IMG/VR virus record: IMGVR_UViG_3300022660_000043
Length of the DNA stretch: 64,000 nucleotides
Source of the DNA: a virus
Lineage: Duplodnaviria; Caudoviricetes
Direction: 5' to 3' (one strand)
Shown: positions 38,354 through 49,035 of the stretch, one piece after another
Layout: the number at the start of each line of letters is the position of its first letter
Numbering within the stretch: position 1 is the first letter of the stretch
Translations under genes and position numbers: made by a program
The notes under the pieces: generated by a model
What the model was told of the DNA's origin: nothing
The model's database searches: none
Seen by the model: only the letters and a program-made list of their open reading frames with translations

Positions 38354-40291
38354 TTAGGACTCAGTAACAACCGCGCCCTCAAGGCTATCTTCGAGGTATA
38401 GACCAATATCAAAGTCTTCAACTGCCTCAATAGGAACGATACGAATTCTAGCTTTAAGAAGAGCTTTGCGATCCGTTGGATCTTTTACAAACTTATAGTC
38501 TTTAATTCCCTGATCTGCTTTCATAGCTTCTAGGGTAGGAGTAAGTAGGCTACGGAAATCAGTCCAGAGCTTGTCGCTGTTAGGATCGAAAGTTAAACGA
38601 CGGCAGGTAGTATAAACCTGTTTCTTAATAGTAGTGCAGAGCTGACGAATATTTAGGAAGTGCTGTGCAACAAGGTCGCCATCAGAAGCACCTCTAGTGC
38701 CAAGCTTCTTACCGGTTCTGTTGCCCCAGAGATAATATGCACTCTTAATCTTGATGATTAAGTTAATAGCAACAGTGGTATTAACATCAATATATTCCTT
38801 AGGAGTAACTTCGTTACCTTCCTCATCAACTTTCAATTCCTTATCAACCTTAAGCATGAATCTAGGCTCAAGAGACTGAACAGCAATTTCACCAAGCTTA
38901 CAGCCAGTAGTCTGAATAGTGTACTTAGAAACGCCACGAGTATAACCTGCATTTGCATACCACTCAGCATAATTATTGTTATCAGAATTTGCTGCACAAG
39001 CGAGATAGTGGAAAGATGCTGGGAATGTACTGTTATTATAAATAGTGTCCTCAGGCATGATATAAGTTACATAAGGAGCAAATACTGCTGCATAGGTACT
39101 AGCCCATTTAGCTGCTTCTTTTGCAAGAGGTGTGATAGCCTGAGACTGAGTTTTATCCTCATATGCTGCACAGTCAAGGTCAATAAGAGCGATACAGTCA
39201 CCACGTCCATCCTTGATGCTTGCGTCATCAAGTAGAACTTCTGCACTATGATCAGCGATACTTAGAATACAAGAGTTTGCACCATCATTGTTGGTAAGAA
39301 GACCGGTAACAAGATAACGGAAATCATAAGTAGACTTATCTCTTAAGCACTCCCAGAAGTTAGGGTCAGCAAGTTCACTAATAGCTGCAGAATGCTCTGG
39401 CTTGAGATAATTAACTTCTTTAGACTCATCCCAATTATCAAATATATCATATTTTATGACGCAGTTTTCAGCATTGTTAGCATCATAAGCTTCATATACA
39501 TACTTAATGAAAGCGTCAGCATTATTTTCTGACATTCTCTTAAATAAGACTGTATAGCCGAGTCCAAGTAGCTCGTAAGCCATTTGGTTACCATAATGAG
39601 TAACTTTATCCTCTAGCCAAAGGCCGTTAGTACCTTCCTTATTAGTCTCAATGACATAATAAGTATCATATTCTGCTGCAACTACAGGCTGAATATCTAG
39701 GATAGTCCCATCAACAGTAGGGTATTGTGCTAAAACAGACTGGCCATCAAGATTAATAACTACCTGCTGATAAATGTAGTTAGTGTCCTTAAGCTTACCA
39801 ATTCTACCGGTAGTATTAGCAATAGAATGGTAAATACCATAAGAAGTAGTAGATGCCTGATTTTCATCTTCTGGTTCATCTTCAGGCTCCTCAGTAGACT
39901 CATCTGCGATTGCAGCGGGAGCCCATGCATATTCACCTTTGAGTAAGGCATTATACGCAGCTAAAAAAGCTTCTCTTGATTTAAACTGTGTGCCATTACC
40001 GTCAACGATTGGAGCAGAATCATCAACAAGGTTTGGGTTATACTTAATTATATAGGAAATAGTTGGAGCAACTGCATCTCTTTGTACTTTGCTTGTAATT
40101 ACCTCAGCAGCTCTCTTACCTACATAATTTACAAAGTCGGTCTGACTGCTACACTCGTAAATACCGTTCTCGTCAAAGACACTCTCGTCATAAGTGTCAC
40201 CGACAAAACCAGGCACGACAACAGAAAAGTTCTCGTATTCACCAGTGCCAGCTTTAGTTAGATCATACTCATTAATATTAATCTTAGGCAT
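38354..40291 (-). CDS. tail sheath protein (gp18-like)
   Basis: PKININEYD, EWYANAGYTRG, WGNRT, LNIRQL, FDPN, IVPIEAVE. Confidence 0.92.
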   Translation of the reverse strand: MPKININEYDLTKAGTGEYENFSVVVPGFVGDTYDESVFDENGIYECSSQTDFVNYVGKRAAEVITSKVQRDAVAPTISYIIKYNPNLVDDSAPIVDGNGTQFKSREAFLAAYNALLKGEYAWAPAAIADESTEEPEDEPEDENQASTTSYGIYHSIANTTGRIGKLKDTNYIYQQVVINLDGQSVLAQYPTVDGTILDIQPVVAAEYDTYYVIETNKEGTNGLWLEDKVTHYGNQMAYELLGLGYTVLFKRMSENNADAFIKYVYEAYDANNAENCVIKYDIFDNWDESKEVNYLKPEHSAAISELADPNFWECLRDKSTYDFRYLVTGLLTNNDGANSCILSIADHSAEVLLDDASIKDGRGDCIALIDLDCAAYEDKTQSQAITPLAKEAAKWASTYAAVFAPYVTYIMPEDTIYNNSTFPASFHYLACAANSDNNNYAEWYANAGYTRGVSKYTIQTTGCKLGEIAVQSLEPRFMLKVDKELKVDEEGNEVTPKEYIDVNTTVAINLIIKIKSAYYLWGNRTGKKLGTRGASDGDLVAQHFLNIRQLCTTIKKQVYTTCRRLTFDPNSDKLWTDFRSLLTPTLEAMKADQGIKDYKFVKDPTDRKALLKARIRIVPIEAVEDFDIGLYLEDSLEGAVVTES

Positions 40292-40360
40292 TTGGATTTG
40301 TCTCTCCTTTTAATAGTTTTAATATTTCAAGTTTAAATTTTAATCCTTTGAAATCTCAAT

Positions 40361-40370
40361 TAATTTAGCA
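40361..40370 (-). promoter_or_regulatory. putative late promoter
   Basis: TGCTAAATTA upstream of sheath. Confidence 0.7.
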
Positions 40371-40394
40371 TATTTTTTTAATAGAATCCATAAT

Positions 40395-41084
40395 CTATAT
40401 GCTCTCTCTCTCCATCGGTATTGACGTTTTAGAGAGCTCAAGATCTTGACCGTCTAGTCTCCAGTTCTTTCTATAAGGAATGCTAAATAAGAATGCATCA
40501 TGAAGTTCAAACTGGATTGTCCATCTTGTAAATTGACCACTGAATACTCGTTCGCTTATCGAGCTAGTGTTGGCTATATTACTTAAGATTCTTATATAGG
40601 CTGTATGTTCTATCTTAAATTCTCTATAAGGAATTTCTATCTGTAACAATGGATTATTTATTAACTTAAATAAAAATTCTCTTACATACTCTTCACACTC
40701 TTCTGCAGTTTTTGCATAAATATCCAACTGGTATTCTGGCCGTATGGGAATCACATTCAGGTGGTATGTACCCTCCGGTATGTTAGCCATAGCTTCTTGA
40801 AATGCTTTACCTTTTAGCTGTGAAAAATCGCTTTTCTGATTTTCAGGCACTAGTCTAATGCCTTCATAGGATTTTGGATTTTTAACCGTCATTAACAATT
40901 CTAGTTCGTCTTTTCTAGATACTGCGATAAGTGGCATTTGAAATGCAGCTTCTTTGTTGTCCTCTGCAGTTAGCTCAAAAAACTTTTTAGTCTCATCTGG
41001 ATGTAATATATGTAAAGGAGATGCTTCAGGCAGCCAACGTCTTAGCTTTGTTACAATTAAATCATCGTAATAATGAATAGCCAT
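40395..41084 (-). CDS. tail terminator/sheath stabiliser (gp15-like)
   Basis: MPLIAVSR...IP...YQLDIYAK; synteny. Confidence 0.65.
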   Translation of the reverse strand: MAIHYYDDLIVTKLRRWLPEASPLHILHPDETKKFFELTAEDNKEAAFQMPLIAVSRKDELELLMTVKNPKSYEGIRLVPENQKSDFSQLKGKAFQEAMANIPEGTYHLNVIPIRPEYQLDIYAKTAEECEEYVREFLFKLINNPLLQIEIPYREFKIEHTAYIRILSNIANTSSISERVFSGQFTRWTIQFELHDAFLFSIPYRKNWRLDGQDLELSKTSIPMERESI

Positions 41085-41095
41085 ATTTTACCTCC

Positions 41096-41422
41096 TTATT
41101 CTAAATTTAACATATCTTTTAATATTCGGCTACCGGCAATACGTCCGGTACCATAGGTTATAATTTTAGCAATAGTATTTAGAGTAGGATCTGGGATCTT
41201 TACTATAATTTCTTGCTTCATATTAAGATTATAGCTGGTATTTTGCAATATATCTAGACATGCTTGACGCAAAGAAATCCCATAATTTTCTTGCAAATAT
41301 CTTGATAATAACAGCTCACTTGGGCCAAATGAATGCAAAATAAGCTGTAAGCGGGCTTTTTTCTTTGCCCTATGTATTAGTAAGTCTTTGTTTGGGCAAG
41401 AGCTTTTTATTATAAAAAACAT
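41096..41422 (-). CDS. basic hypothetical protein (neck region)
   Basis: 108-aa ORF, translationally coupled. Confidence 0.6.
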   Translation of the reverse strand: MFFIIKSSCPNKDLLIHRAKKKARLQLILHSFGPSELLLSRYLQENYGISLRQACLDILQNTSYNLNMKQEIIVKIPDPTLNTIAKIITYGTGRIAGSRILKDMLNLE

Positions 41423-42549
41423 TAAGATTTTCCTGTAGTAGCAGGCATTTTAGCTGATGGGTCTTTTGCTGCAATAGCACAAAGTAGCTCATCTACCTGT
41501 TTTGCTGAATAAGTTATTTTGCCTAGTTTTAGTAGTTCCTTTGCGGTATTAAACTGCTTACTTGTTACACCTTCAAGTGTATCACGATAAGTCATTAATG
41601 CTTTTTTCTCAGCGTCTTGTAATGAACCTAAGCATTTATCATTTAAGATTGGCAATACATCATAAGCAACAGTAAAAGTTTGTCTAACTGACTTAATATC
41701 TTTAAGTGCATCTACTATAGCTTTAATTAGCTTATCATCTGCTTCCGGCTTAGCTGAAAGATCTTTTCCGGTAAAGCTGGAAAATCTAGTTTTTGCCTTA
41801 GCAATATCTACTAAAGGACCTTTGGCTTTTACTTTTGATAACAACAAGTTTATTCTTTCAGGAGATATTTTATTTATATCCTGACCATCAACTGCTTCCT
41901 TTTCTTTAAGGAGATCTTCTGCTCTTGCTTGTAATAAACTAGAATACGCAAAAATTAACTTACAGTTTTGTTCTTTTTTTACTGTAGAACGGAACTTTAG
42001 CCACTCAGCTTGGTTACCACTAGATAAGTCAATAAAGTCTGGATGGAATAAGATATCATATGACCCAAATTTTTCAGAGACACCATTTCCAATCTGAGCT
42101 AGCTCGCCTGTGCCCAACCAGCTATTAGCCAAAGCTTTATCTAGCAGCATAAGGAAATTGGAATCATAACCACTATTGGCTATTGTAAATAATTCTGGAT
42201 TGTTTGCAAGTCCTTTTACAAGCCAATTTAAAATTGCATTCTCTGCAGTTGTCCAGCCATATTTTGGCAGATATACTGCTAAAGCTACATGAAATTTATC
42301 GCGAATGACTTTTTCATGCTCTTTAAACACTGTTTTATAAAACTTATCCCATACCTTAGTTAAAGCTTCAGGAGTTTTTGCATTGGCAAATTCCATCTCA
42401 AAATTTATAGCAGCAGTAGTATCTGTCGCATCAGCAACAGAACTTGTAGCTGCCCCTTCAGTTTCAGGAGTGCTCTCGCTAGAGAGATCACCCACATCAT
42501 CTCCTGAATCTTCTTCTAACAGAAGACGCTCATCTAAAATATATTTCAT
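41422..42549 (-). CDS. hypothetical protein with putative propeptide; candidate internal head protein
   Basis: MKYILDERLLLEED leader followed by an acidic linker. Confidence 0.65.
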   Translation of the reverse strand: MKYILDERLLLEEDSGDDVGDLSSESTPETEGAATSSVADATDTTAAINFEMEFANAKTPEALTKVWDKFYKTVFKEHEKVIRDKFHVALAVYLPKYGWTTAENAILNWLVKGLANNPELFTIANSGYDSNFLMLLDKALANSWLGTGELAQIGNGVSEKFGSYDILFHPDFIDLSSGNQAEWLKFRSTVKKEQNCKLIFAYSSLLQARAEDLLKEKEAVDGQDINKISPERINLLLSKVKAKGPLVDIAKAKTRFSSFTGKDLSAKPEADDKLIKAIVDALKDIKSVRQTFTVAYDVLPILNDKCLGSLQDAEKKALMTYRDTLEGVTSKQFNTAKELLKLGKITYSAKQVDELLCAIAAKDPSAKMPATTGKS

Positions 42550-43055
42550 TAATCGTCCTCCTCGTGGTCGACAAGGACCGTAAAGTTATTTTTAGAAAAA
42601 TCTTGGGTTAAGGTTGCTTCATCAGAAGTTGCATATTCAACAGCGATCTCACAGGCAATAGATGCAGGATATACCATAATATTTTGCATACTAATCACAC
42701 GAAATAGCCTAGGCTCTGCAGTATCCAAACCACTCGGGATGGAGAATAAGGCACCAGTTTGAAGGCCATTCAAGTCATAGGGTACGTGAATAATTGATGA
42801 ACCCTCCTGAAGCTCAGCTACCCAGCCCATCTTTTTTAATGTTTTCTGGTCAGGATGATCTTGGAAGATGCAGCCTACCGTTTTAGCTGGTGCATAATCA
42901 GTTTTAAGATCTCCTAAACCATCGAAATGTTTATTAGCTAAAGGAGCATAATACTGACAGTTAATGCCAAGTAATTTAACCATTTGTTTAAAGTACAAAC
43001 GATGTAACTTTATGTCTTTATTAATTAATAAGCCATAATTTGCATTATGTTCCAT
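42549..43055 (-). CDS. head closure/neck protein (gp14-like)
   Basis: Synteny; YFKQMVKLLGINCQYY, TLKKMGW. Confidence 0.55.
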   Translation of the reverse strand: MEHNANYGLLINKDIKLHRLYFKQMVKLLGINCQYYAPLANKHFDGLGDLKTDYAPAKTVGCIFQDHPDQKTLKKMGWVAELQEGSSIIHVPYDLNGLQTGALFSIPSGLDTAEPRLFRVISMQNIMVYPASIACEIAVEYATSDEATLTQDFSKNNFTVLVDHEEDD

Positions 43056-43078
43056 ATTATACTCCTTTCTTTAAATTA

Positions 43079-44818
43079 TTATTTAGACTTAGAGCCTCTA
43101 ACAAGAGATTCATTAATCTTGTAGCTGTATTTAAAGCTCTCAGTAACAAGCTTAGTGCCTTCAGCTTTACAAATCAGCCTAAAAGCTTTAGTAGAGCCTG
43201 CAAGACTTTCATTTATGCCGCGGTATACAAGCTTATTACCAATACGCTTTGTGTTCTCAAACATAAACTTAGTTGTCTTAGTCTTACCAGATTTGAAAGT
43301 AATCTTACCTTCAACAATAAGTTTATTATCTGCATCAGCAGAACAGCTTGTAGATTCATATTTTTCTACATTAGAATAAACCTCTTCAAGGTAATCAGAG
43401 ACCTGATTATCAAAGCTATCATCAAACTCATCAAAAGCTTTATCTACTTGTGCCATTGCAGCGAGGTCAGCTTCTACTTCTGCTTCTGTAGGCTGTGGTC
43501 CATCCCAGAGCTCATCAAGTAGCTCGTCTAGTTCTGCGTCTTCAGTTAAAGCCTCTTCAGAAGGTAGATCCTCAACTAAATCTTCTGCAAAAGTTTCCTC
43601 TTCTGCCGCCGGAGCAGCTACATTATCAGTTGTAGTTGCTTCATCCGCCAATGCTGCATTGACATTTTTAACAGTAGCAAGTTTGCAAAGCTGAGGACAA
43701 TTTGCTTCACAGTCCTCATTTGTATATACTACTACATTCTGACCTGCTTCTGCCGCAGCTAAAGGCCCTGCAAAGGTAGCATCTTCAAAAAATTCTACAT
43801 GAGATTCAGAATTAGGATATTCTGATGCAACCTGAGCTAGTATTTCATCTTTGCGCCCACTCAGAGACCCAGACTGATCAATGAAAATTCTAAGATCCTC
43901 TGCTGCTTCATGAAGAGTTAAATGATCAGACTCAACTTCTGTTTTTAGATCACTCTTCTTCTCAGCATCTTTGAGAGTTTCTGAGTTATGCATAGATTCT
44001 TCTACATGCTCCTCTGGCATATCTTGAACTTCCTCGTTAAGAGTTAGGTGTTCAGACTCAATATCGGTCTTAAGTTCATTCTTATCTTCAATTTTATCTA
44101 GGAGCTCTGAATTGTGTAGAGATTCATTTGCTTCTTCTGGTTCCTCTTCAGGTTCCTCTTCACCTTCAAGATCTAGATCAAGGTCAAGTTCATCATCTTC
44201 CATTGCAGCGCCAGCTTCACCGGTGCCTTCGGCATCAACTTCCTCTGTACCTTCTTCTGGGAAGTCAAGGTTAAGTTCATCCTCACTGCCTTCTTCTGCA
44301 GCAAGTTCATCTCCACCCTCGAAGTTACTCATCTCAGCTTCATCAACGCCGCCAACTTTACCAATTAGCGTATATCCGCTGGAATTACCACAATGTTGGC
44401 AAATTTCATTAATATTTACTACATCTGGCGTTTCCTCAGATTTTTCAATATCTTCCTCATTCTTATAGAATAGAGTCATACATTGAGGACACTGCATAAT
44501 TACCTTACCTACATAAGAAGGTAGGATGTCATCTTCAGTCTCCGCATCAAGATCTACAATTTTTTCGATTCTTGCAAGTTTAGCTTTTGCTACCTCAGCC
44601 TCACGTTGCTCTTGTGCTTCACCAAGATCCTCTTCAATACTAACATCAAAATAATCTTCTACAAGAACTTCATGTGCATGTTTTGCACTAAGTCTTTCAT
44701 GAAGATTAATTCTGTTAGGAGTAAAGCGACCACAACCAGAAACATCAGGAAGTGCAATTTCGTCTAGAGCCTTGAAAGCAGCTTCAAGGTCAAACTTTGT
44801 TACAGTTTCTCTTTCCAT
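43079..44818 (-). CDS. acidic multidomain head protein (Zn ribbon, internal duplication, mini vWA-like DxSGS domain)
   Basis: CPQC..CQHC; ESLHNSE/ESMHNSE repeats; IFIDQSGS. Confidence 0.65.
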   Translation of the reverse strand: MERETVTKFDLEAAFKALDEIALPDVSGCGRFTPNRINLHERLSAKHAHEVLVEDYFDVSIEEDLGEAQEQREAEVAKAKLARIEKIVDLDAETEDDILPSYVGKVIMQCPQCMTLFYKNEEDIEKSEETPDVVNINEICQHCGNSSGYTLIGKVGGVDEAEMSNFEGGDELAAEEGSEDELNLDFPEEGTEEVDAEGTGEAGAAMEDDELDLDLDLEGEEEPEEEPEEANESLHNSELLDKIEDKNELKTDIESEHLTLNEEVQDMPEEHVEESMHNSETLKDAEKKSDLKTEVESDHLTLHEAAEDLRIFIDQSGSLSGRKDEILAQVASEYPNSESHVEFFEDATFAGPLAAAEAGQNVVVYTNEDCEANCPQLCKLATVKNVNAALADEATTTDNVAAPAAEEETFAEDLVEDLPSEEALTEDAELDELLDELWDGPQPTEAEVEADLAAMAQVDKAFDEFDDSFDNQVSDYLEEVYSNVEKYESTSCSADADNKLIVEGKITFKSGKTKTTKFMFENTKRIGNKLVYRGINESLAGSTKAFRLICKAEGTKLVTESFKYSYKINESLVRGSKSK

Positions 44819-44863
44819 ATTATCTATTTACTCTCCTTAATAAATTACATATATATAGTCTAA

Positions 44864-45577
44864 TCAATCCATTGGAAAGATTAGATTATTATTAGCTCTT
44901 AGAAGCTCTCTTAGCTCCTTGAGGTCGGTATTACCTTCCTCCAATAGTTTCTCACCGTCTTGCGTCCAAAGAGCATTAGACTGGCTGAAACGCGTTCTAA
45001 TACGACCGAGTGTAACTTTAGTTAGTGCAGTGCTAAGTCTGATTAGAATATCTTGCCAATAATCACTTTGAATCTCCTCGACAGAACTTAGTTTAGGAAT
45101 AAATTCAATAGTGATGTGGCTAGGAGCTGAGGCACAGCTGATATATAATTTGTTATTATGCTTGTCTTCTCTAAAGGTTAGGTCAGTAGAAATAGTATTT
45201 CTAACTTGTCCAAGAGTAGTCCAAGCAGCATAATTCATTACATAGTCTTGTAAATTAAACATAGTGCCTGCGTTGCTAAAAATCATAAACTGCTGGGTAT
45301 ATAAAGGGTCAGACATTGCATTGATTTCATTACCGCCTTCGCCCATACCTGTGAATCTATAAACTTTAACAATAGCACTTGAATCCAGCTGATAGTATTT
45401 AAGATCTATGCAGGATTCATAAGGGATTGTAACAAAAGAAGATTCGTCCCAATATCTTTGCATTTCACGCATAGCTTTCTTAACTACCATTTCAAGCTGA
45501 GCATCCTCTAATTCAAGCTCAAGCACGCCGCCAGTTAACTCGAGTTTAATCTCTTCAATAACATCTACTAGTTGCAT
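44864..45577 (-). CDS. neck/head-tail adaptor (gp13-like)
   Basis: IKLELTGGVLELEL...W......A..K..LG.IR.....DG..L..EG. Confidence 0.8.
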   Translation of the reverse strand: MQLVDVIEEIKLELTGGVLELELEDAQLEMVVKKAMREMQRYWDESSFVTIPYESCIDLKYYQLDSSAIVKVYRFTGMGEGGNEINAMSDPLYTQQFMIFSNAGTMFNLQDYVMNYAAWTTLGQVRNTISTDLTFREDKHNNKLYISCASAPSHITIEFIPKLSSVEEIQSDYWQDILIRLSTALTKVTLGRIRTRFSQSNALWTQDGEKLLEEGNTDLKELRELLRANNNLIFPMD

Positions 45578-45617
45578 ATTATTTACTGATTACCTCCTTG
45601 CCGGCAAACTTATCAAT

Positions 45618-45627
45618 TAATTTAGCA
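45618..45627 (-). promoter_or_regulatory. putative late promoter
   Basis: TGCTAAATTA upstream of the neck gene. Confidence 0.7.
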
Positions 45628-45641
45628 AATAAAACTGCATG

Positions 45642-45681
45642 AATAAGAAAGAAGAGACCCGAAGGTCTCTTCTTTCTTATT
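45642..45681 (-). terminator. terminator after major capsid gene
   Basis: 18-bp stem with TTCG loop on the minus strand. Confidence 0.85.
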
Positions 45682-45700
45682 ATATATTGGTCGGTTTATC

Positions 45701-47017
45701 TTACTTAGTAATTCTACCAGCAACAAGGAGGTTCTTGTTGAGAAGAGCCTTAGCATACCAGGTGCTGAAGCCCTGTGCCATGCCGCCATCAGGAGTGCTG
45801 AGAAGAGCGGTAGGAACAATAGCCATGTAAGGAGCGTATACACCAGCAGAAGACATCATATCAGAACCGTTAAGACCGAGGAAGAATTCGCCGGACTTAA
45901 TGAGAGGAGATACGTAAACGTCCATGCCATCGATCTCGCCAACCTTGTAAGGACCATTCATCTTAGCATTCTTAACTGCATTGAAGCCGTTAACGAACTT
46001 AAGAACAGGAAGAACATCAGCTGCGATTACCATATAGTTGGGGTGGAACTTACGAGTTCTGTTGTAGATGATCATCTTAGCCTCTTCAACAACCTCAAGG
46101 AAGCCGTTGTAGTGCTCGAACTTAGATACACCTACAGGGAGGGTCTTAGACCACTCAAGGCACTCTTCATGATCGAATGCAGCCTTGTAAAGCATGTCAA
46201 CGATCTCAGTGTCAATTTCAAATGCGAGCTCACCACAAGCCTGCTCAGCGATCTGCTTGTCAAGAGAGAAGCCATAGTCAGTCTTAGCCTGGAAAGCAGT
46301 GATCTGGTCGTAACGAACAGCGATTCTGCGAGGCTCAGCAACAAGAGGAATTCTCTTCATACGAGGACCGATAGTAGGAATTCTATCAGCAGGGATAGTG
46401 CTCATCTGCCACCGCTTAGCAACGTAAGCAATTTTTACAGCATCCTCAGCAACGGTGTCACCGTATACGAAGGAACCATCTTCCATAACAGACTTGTATG
46501 TAGCAGTCTTAACATCAACACCATCTTCAGCGATGTATGTGAGGCCACCCTCAACAACGTCCATAGTAGCAGTAGTACCATTTTCAACAACGATCTGGCT
46601 GGTGTAGTTGATACGAGCTTCGTCGTTAGCACCGAAACCGAATACGCTGTTAAGAACGTCACCCTCATTTACGCCGCCCTTGGTGTCCTTAGCAACATAC
46701 TCAAGGTATGCAACGGAACCAGAGTAGCTGGTCATAGGATGAACGATAACGAGGTCGTTAGCGATAAGGGAAGGAACAGCGATATTGGTGAGGTTCAAGC
46801 AGAACTTCTTCCAAGCGCCAAGGTCGGATCTCTGAGTAGCAACGATAGAGTTGTCAAGGCTCATAGACTCGGTAAGGAAACGGTTAGTGTTGTCCAAAAG
46901 AACAGCAGTGGTAAGCTGAGTATTAGCGGAAACAGTCTTACCATCAAAGTTCTTAGCTACATAAGCTTCAGCAACTTTGAGCTGACGAGAATAAGTTTCA
47001 AGTAAATTCTGTCTCAT
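45701..47017 (-). CDS. major capsid protein (T4 gp23-like)
   Basis: LIANDL..VHPM, EIDTEIV, YAPY; propeptide ending RFLTE-S; strong codon bias. Confidence 0.93.
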   Translation of the reverse strand: MRQNLLETYSRQLKVAEAYVAKNFDGKTVSANTQLTTAVLLDNTNRFLTESMSLDNSIVATQRSDLGAWKKFCLNLTNIAVPSLIANDLVIVHPMTSYSGSVAYLEYVAKDTKGGVNEGDVLNSVFGFGANDEARINYTSQIVVENGTTATMDVVEGGLTYIAEDGVDVKTATYKSVMEDGSFVYGDTVAEDAVKIAYVAKRWQMSTIPADRIPTIGPRMKRIPLVAEPRRIAVRYDQITAFQAKTDYGFSLDKQIAEQACGELAFEIDTEIVDMLYKAAFDHEECLEWSKTLPVGVSKFEHYNGFLEVVEEAKMIIYNRTRKFHPNYMVIAADVLPVLKFVNGFNAVKNAKMNGPYKVGEIDGMDVYVSPLIKSGEFFLGLNGSDMMSSAGVYAPYMAIVPTALLSTPDGGMAQGFSTWYAKALLNKNLLVAGRITK

Positions 47018-47049
47018 TGTAATTTCTCCTATAAAATTTAATTAATGAA

Positions 47050-48957
47050 TTATTTTAGGCCGGCAAGCTCAAGAAGATCATCATCAATGTCATAGCCACC
47101 GGAGTACTGAGTTTTCTTTACAGACTCTTTTAGCTTAACTTGGGGTGTTCTCTGTGCTCCCATGCCAAGATTGAATGCCGGTCTTCCGGCGTCGAGGAGT
47201 TTTTCGCAGACACGATCAACATCCTCAAGGGTATAACCCTCATTGAGTTTACTGGTTATATCATGCGTGCTAACTCCGAGCATTGTTGCTTTTGAGGCAA
47301 TGTAGTGTTCTACTACGGCAACATACTTTTGCTTATATGCCTTAGCCGCAGTTGTAGCTTTACGTGCATTTTCACGTGCTGTATCTACCTGCTCTCTAAG
47401 CGCTTGCTCAGTAGCTTCCGCCTCATTTTGCGATGTAATTAGTTTTTCTTGAAGTTCAGTTAGCTTACGATTAGAAGCTTCTGTACTTTCGACTAATCTA
47501 GATTTGGCTTTCGCCTGAAGATCTTGAATAGTAGCATCTTTTGCACTAAGCTGCTCATTAAGAGATTTAACTTTCTTTTGCAACTTATTAGACTTAGAAG
47601 CAAGTTCGCTCACTCTTATGAAGCCAGTCTTGTATTTGGAAAGCTCTTCTTCCAGTTTCTTAACCTCAGCATCGCTAACTGTCTTTTCCTGCTTGAGAGC
47701 TAAGACTTCTTCTTCAAGTGCATCCTTCTGTCGAACAATTTCCTTCAAGCTTTCGACAACTTCCTCATCTCCATCATCGGTGGCTTCCTCAGAATCGTCT
47801 TCTTCTTTAGGCTGTTCATCTTCGGTTGCTGGCTCTTCTTCGTCTGCGTCAGATTCTTCGTCTTCTACATCTTCTGTATTATCACTTGTTTCCAAGTTAT
47901 AATTAAAACTAACTTTAAGCTTACCTTCTTCAGCTTCATCATCGAATACTAATTCAGTAATCTTAACTGTATTGCCGTCTAATTCAATAGGATCGAATGA
48001 AAGTTCAAGTTCTTTATCATACTCTCCCATAACGTCGAGTAAGTCACCAAGAGCTACGGCATCAAGCTCTTTGTTTTCATCATCAGTTTCAGGGGTGTCT
48101 GCCTCTTCAGCATCTTCACCTTCGAGCTCATTTGCTGCTTCTTCCGCTTCAACTTTTGCAACATCTACCTCTTCAGAAGATTCTTCTGCATCTTCCTGTA
48201 TAGGTTCTTTAACATCAGCACCTTCATTGTCATGAGTGTCTAGCACAGGTGTGATTTCTTCAGTAGTTTCTACAAGCGGTGCTTCACCAGGAGCCCAAGG
48301 AATATCTGGGTATGGATCATCTTCCTCCATAGTAACATCAAGTCTTTCAAGAGTTGCCTCTGCTTCAGCTCTATCTGCCTCAGTCATGGAATCAAGAGAC
48401 TCACGAAGTGCCTTAGAAAGGGTTTTATGATTTTTTAATGATTCACACATAGTCAATCTAGCTTTCTTAACAGCAGGAAGCTGTACAATATCCCAAGTCT
48501 CAAGGAAAAAGGTTTCAGGGTCTACCTCATCATTAGCCATGATATCACCGGAACCTCTAGAACTAATACCAGGCACAAAGCCATAATCGCAGAGGGTTTT
48601 GAGCAGTTGACCTTGCTTGGTATCAAGTATGTCAACGTAGGCATAAAGATCTCCGTCGATTACCTTAGGTAACTCAGGAATACATGCACATACTACACTC
48701 ATATCGGTTTCTTCACGGTCTACTGGGTGTCCGAGCTCAAGGAATAAACTCTTATTAGCTACTTTCTCACGGAAAATCTCATCCTTAAGAGCTTTGTCCC
48801 AAAGCTGAGCATTATAGCCTCTACCGTTACGAGTTTTTTCTTTTGAAGTCGCAATAGGTCCCCAGAGTCGGCCGAGAATATGTCGACGCGCTTTTTCTTC
48901 TTCAGACAGGGGCTGCATCTGTAGAGCTTCTAAAACTTTTGTATTTTTAGAATCCAT
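47050..48957 (-). CDS. prohead protease (gp21-like) fused to acidic/coiled-coil scaffold (gp22-like)
   Basis: RNGRGY, ELGHP, GISSRGSG, WDIVQLP; C-terminal coiled coil ending LAGLK. Confidence 0.9.
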   Translation of the reverse strand: MDSKNTKVLEALQMQPLSEEEKARRHILGRLWGPIATSKEKTRNGRGYNAQLWDKALKDEIFREKVANKSLFLELGHPVDREETDMSVVCACIPELPKVIDGDLYAYVDILDTKQGQLLKTLCDYGFVPGISSRGSGDIMANDEVDPETFFLETWDIVQLPAVKKARLTMCESLKNHKTLSKALRESLDSMTEADRAEAEATLERLDVTMEEDDPYPDIPWAPGEAPLVETTEEITPVLDTHDNEGADVKEPIQEDAEESSEEVDVAKVEAEEAANELEGEDAEEADTPETDDENKELDAVALGDLLDVMGEYDKELELSFDPIELDGNTVKITELVFDDEAEEGKLKVSFNYNLETSDNTEDVEDEESDADEEEPATEDEQPKEEDDSEEATDDGDEEVVESLKEIVRQKDALEEEVLALKQEKTVSDAEVKKLEEELSKYKTGFIRVSELASKSNKLQKKVKSLNEQLSAKDATIQDLQAKAKSRLVESTEASNRKLTELQEKLITSQNEAEATEQALREQVDTARENARKATTAAKAYKQKYVAVVEHYIASKATMLGVSTHDITSKLNEGYTLEDVDRVCEKLLDAGRPAFNLGMGAQRTPQVKLKESVKKTQYSGGYDIDDDLLELAGLK

Positions 48958-49001
48958 CTGTATGTCTCCCATTAGTCTTACGTGATATTTTGTTTATCAA
49001 A

Positions 49002-49011
49002 TAATTTAGCG
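49002..49011 (-). promoter_or_regulatory. putative late promoter
   Basis: CGCTAAATTA. Confidence 0.65.
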
Positions 49012-49035
49012 AATAATTTTTACTCAAAAAGCAAA

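Noticed and set aside
45622-45843. Possible frameshift extension of the major capsid protein
   Set aside because: No clear slippery site seen, and a strong terminator follows the capsid stop codon
46043-47005. 320-aa plus-strand ORF
   Set aside because: Antisense shadow of the strongly codon-biased major capsid gene; no SD or recognisable motifs
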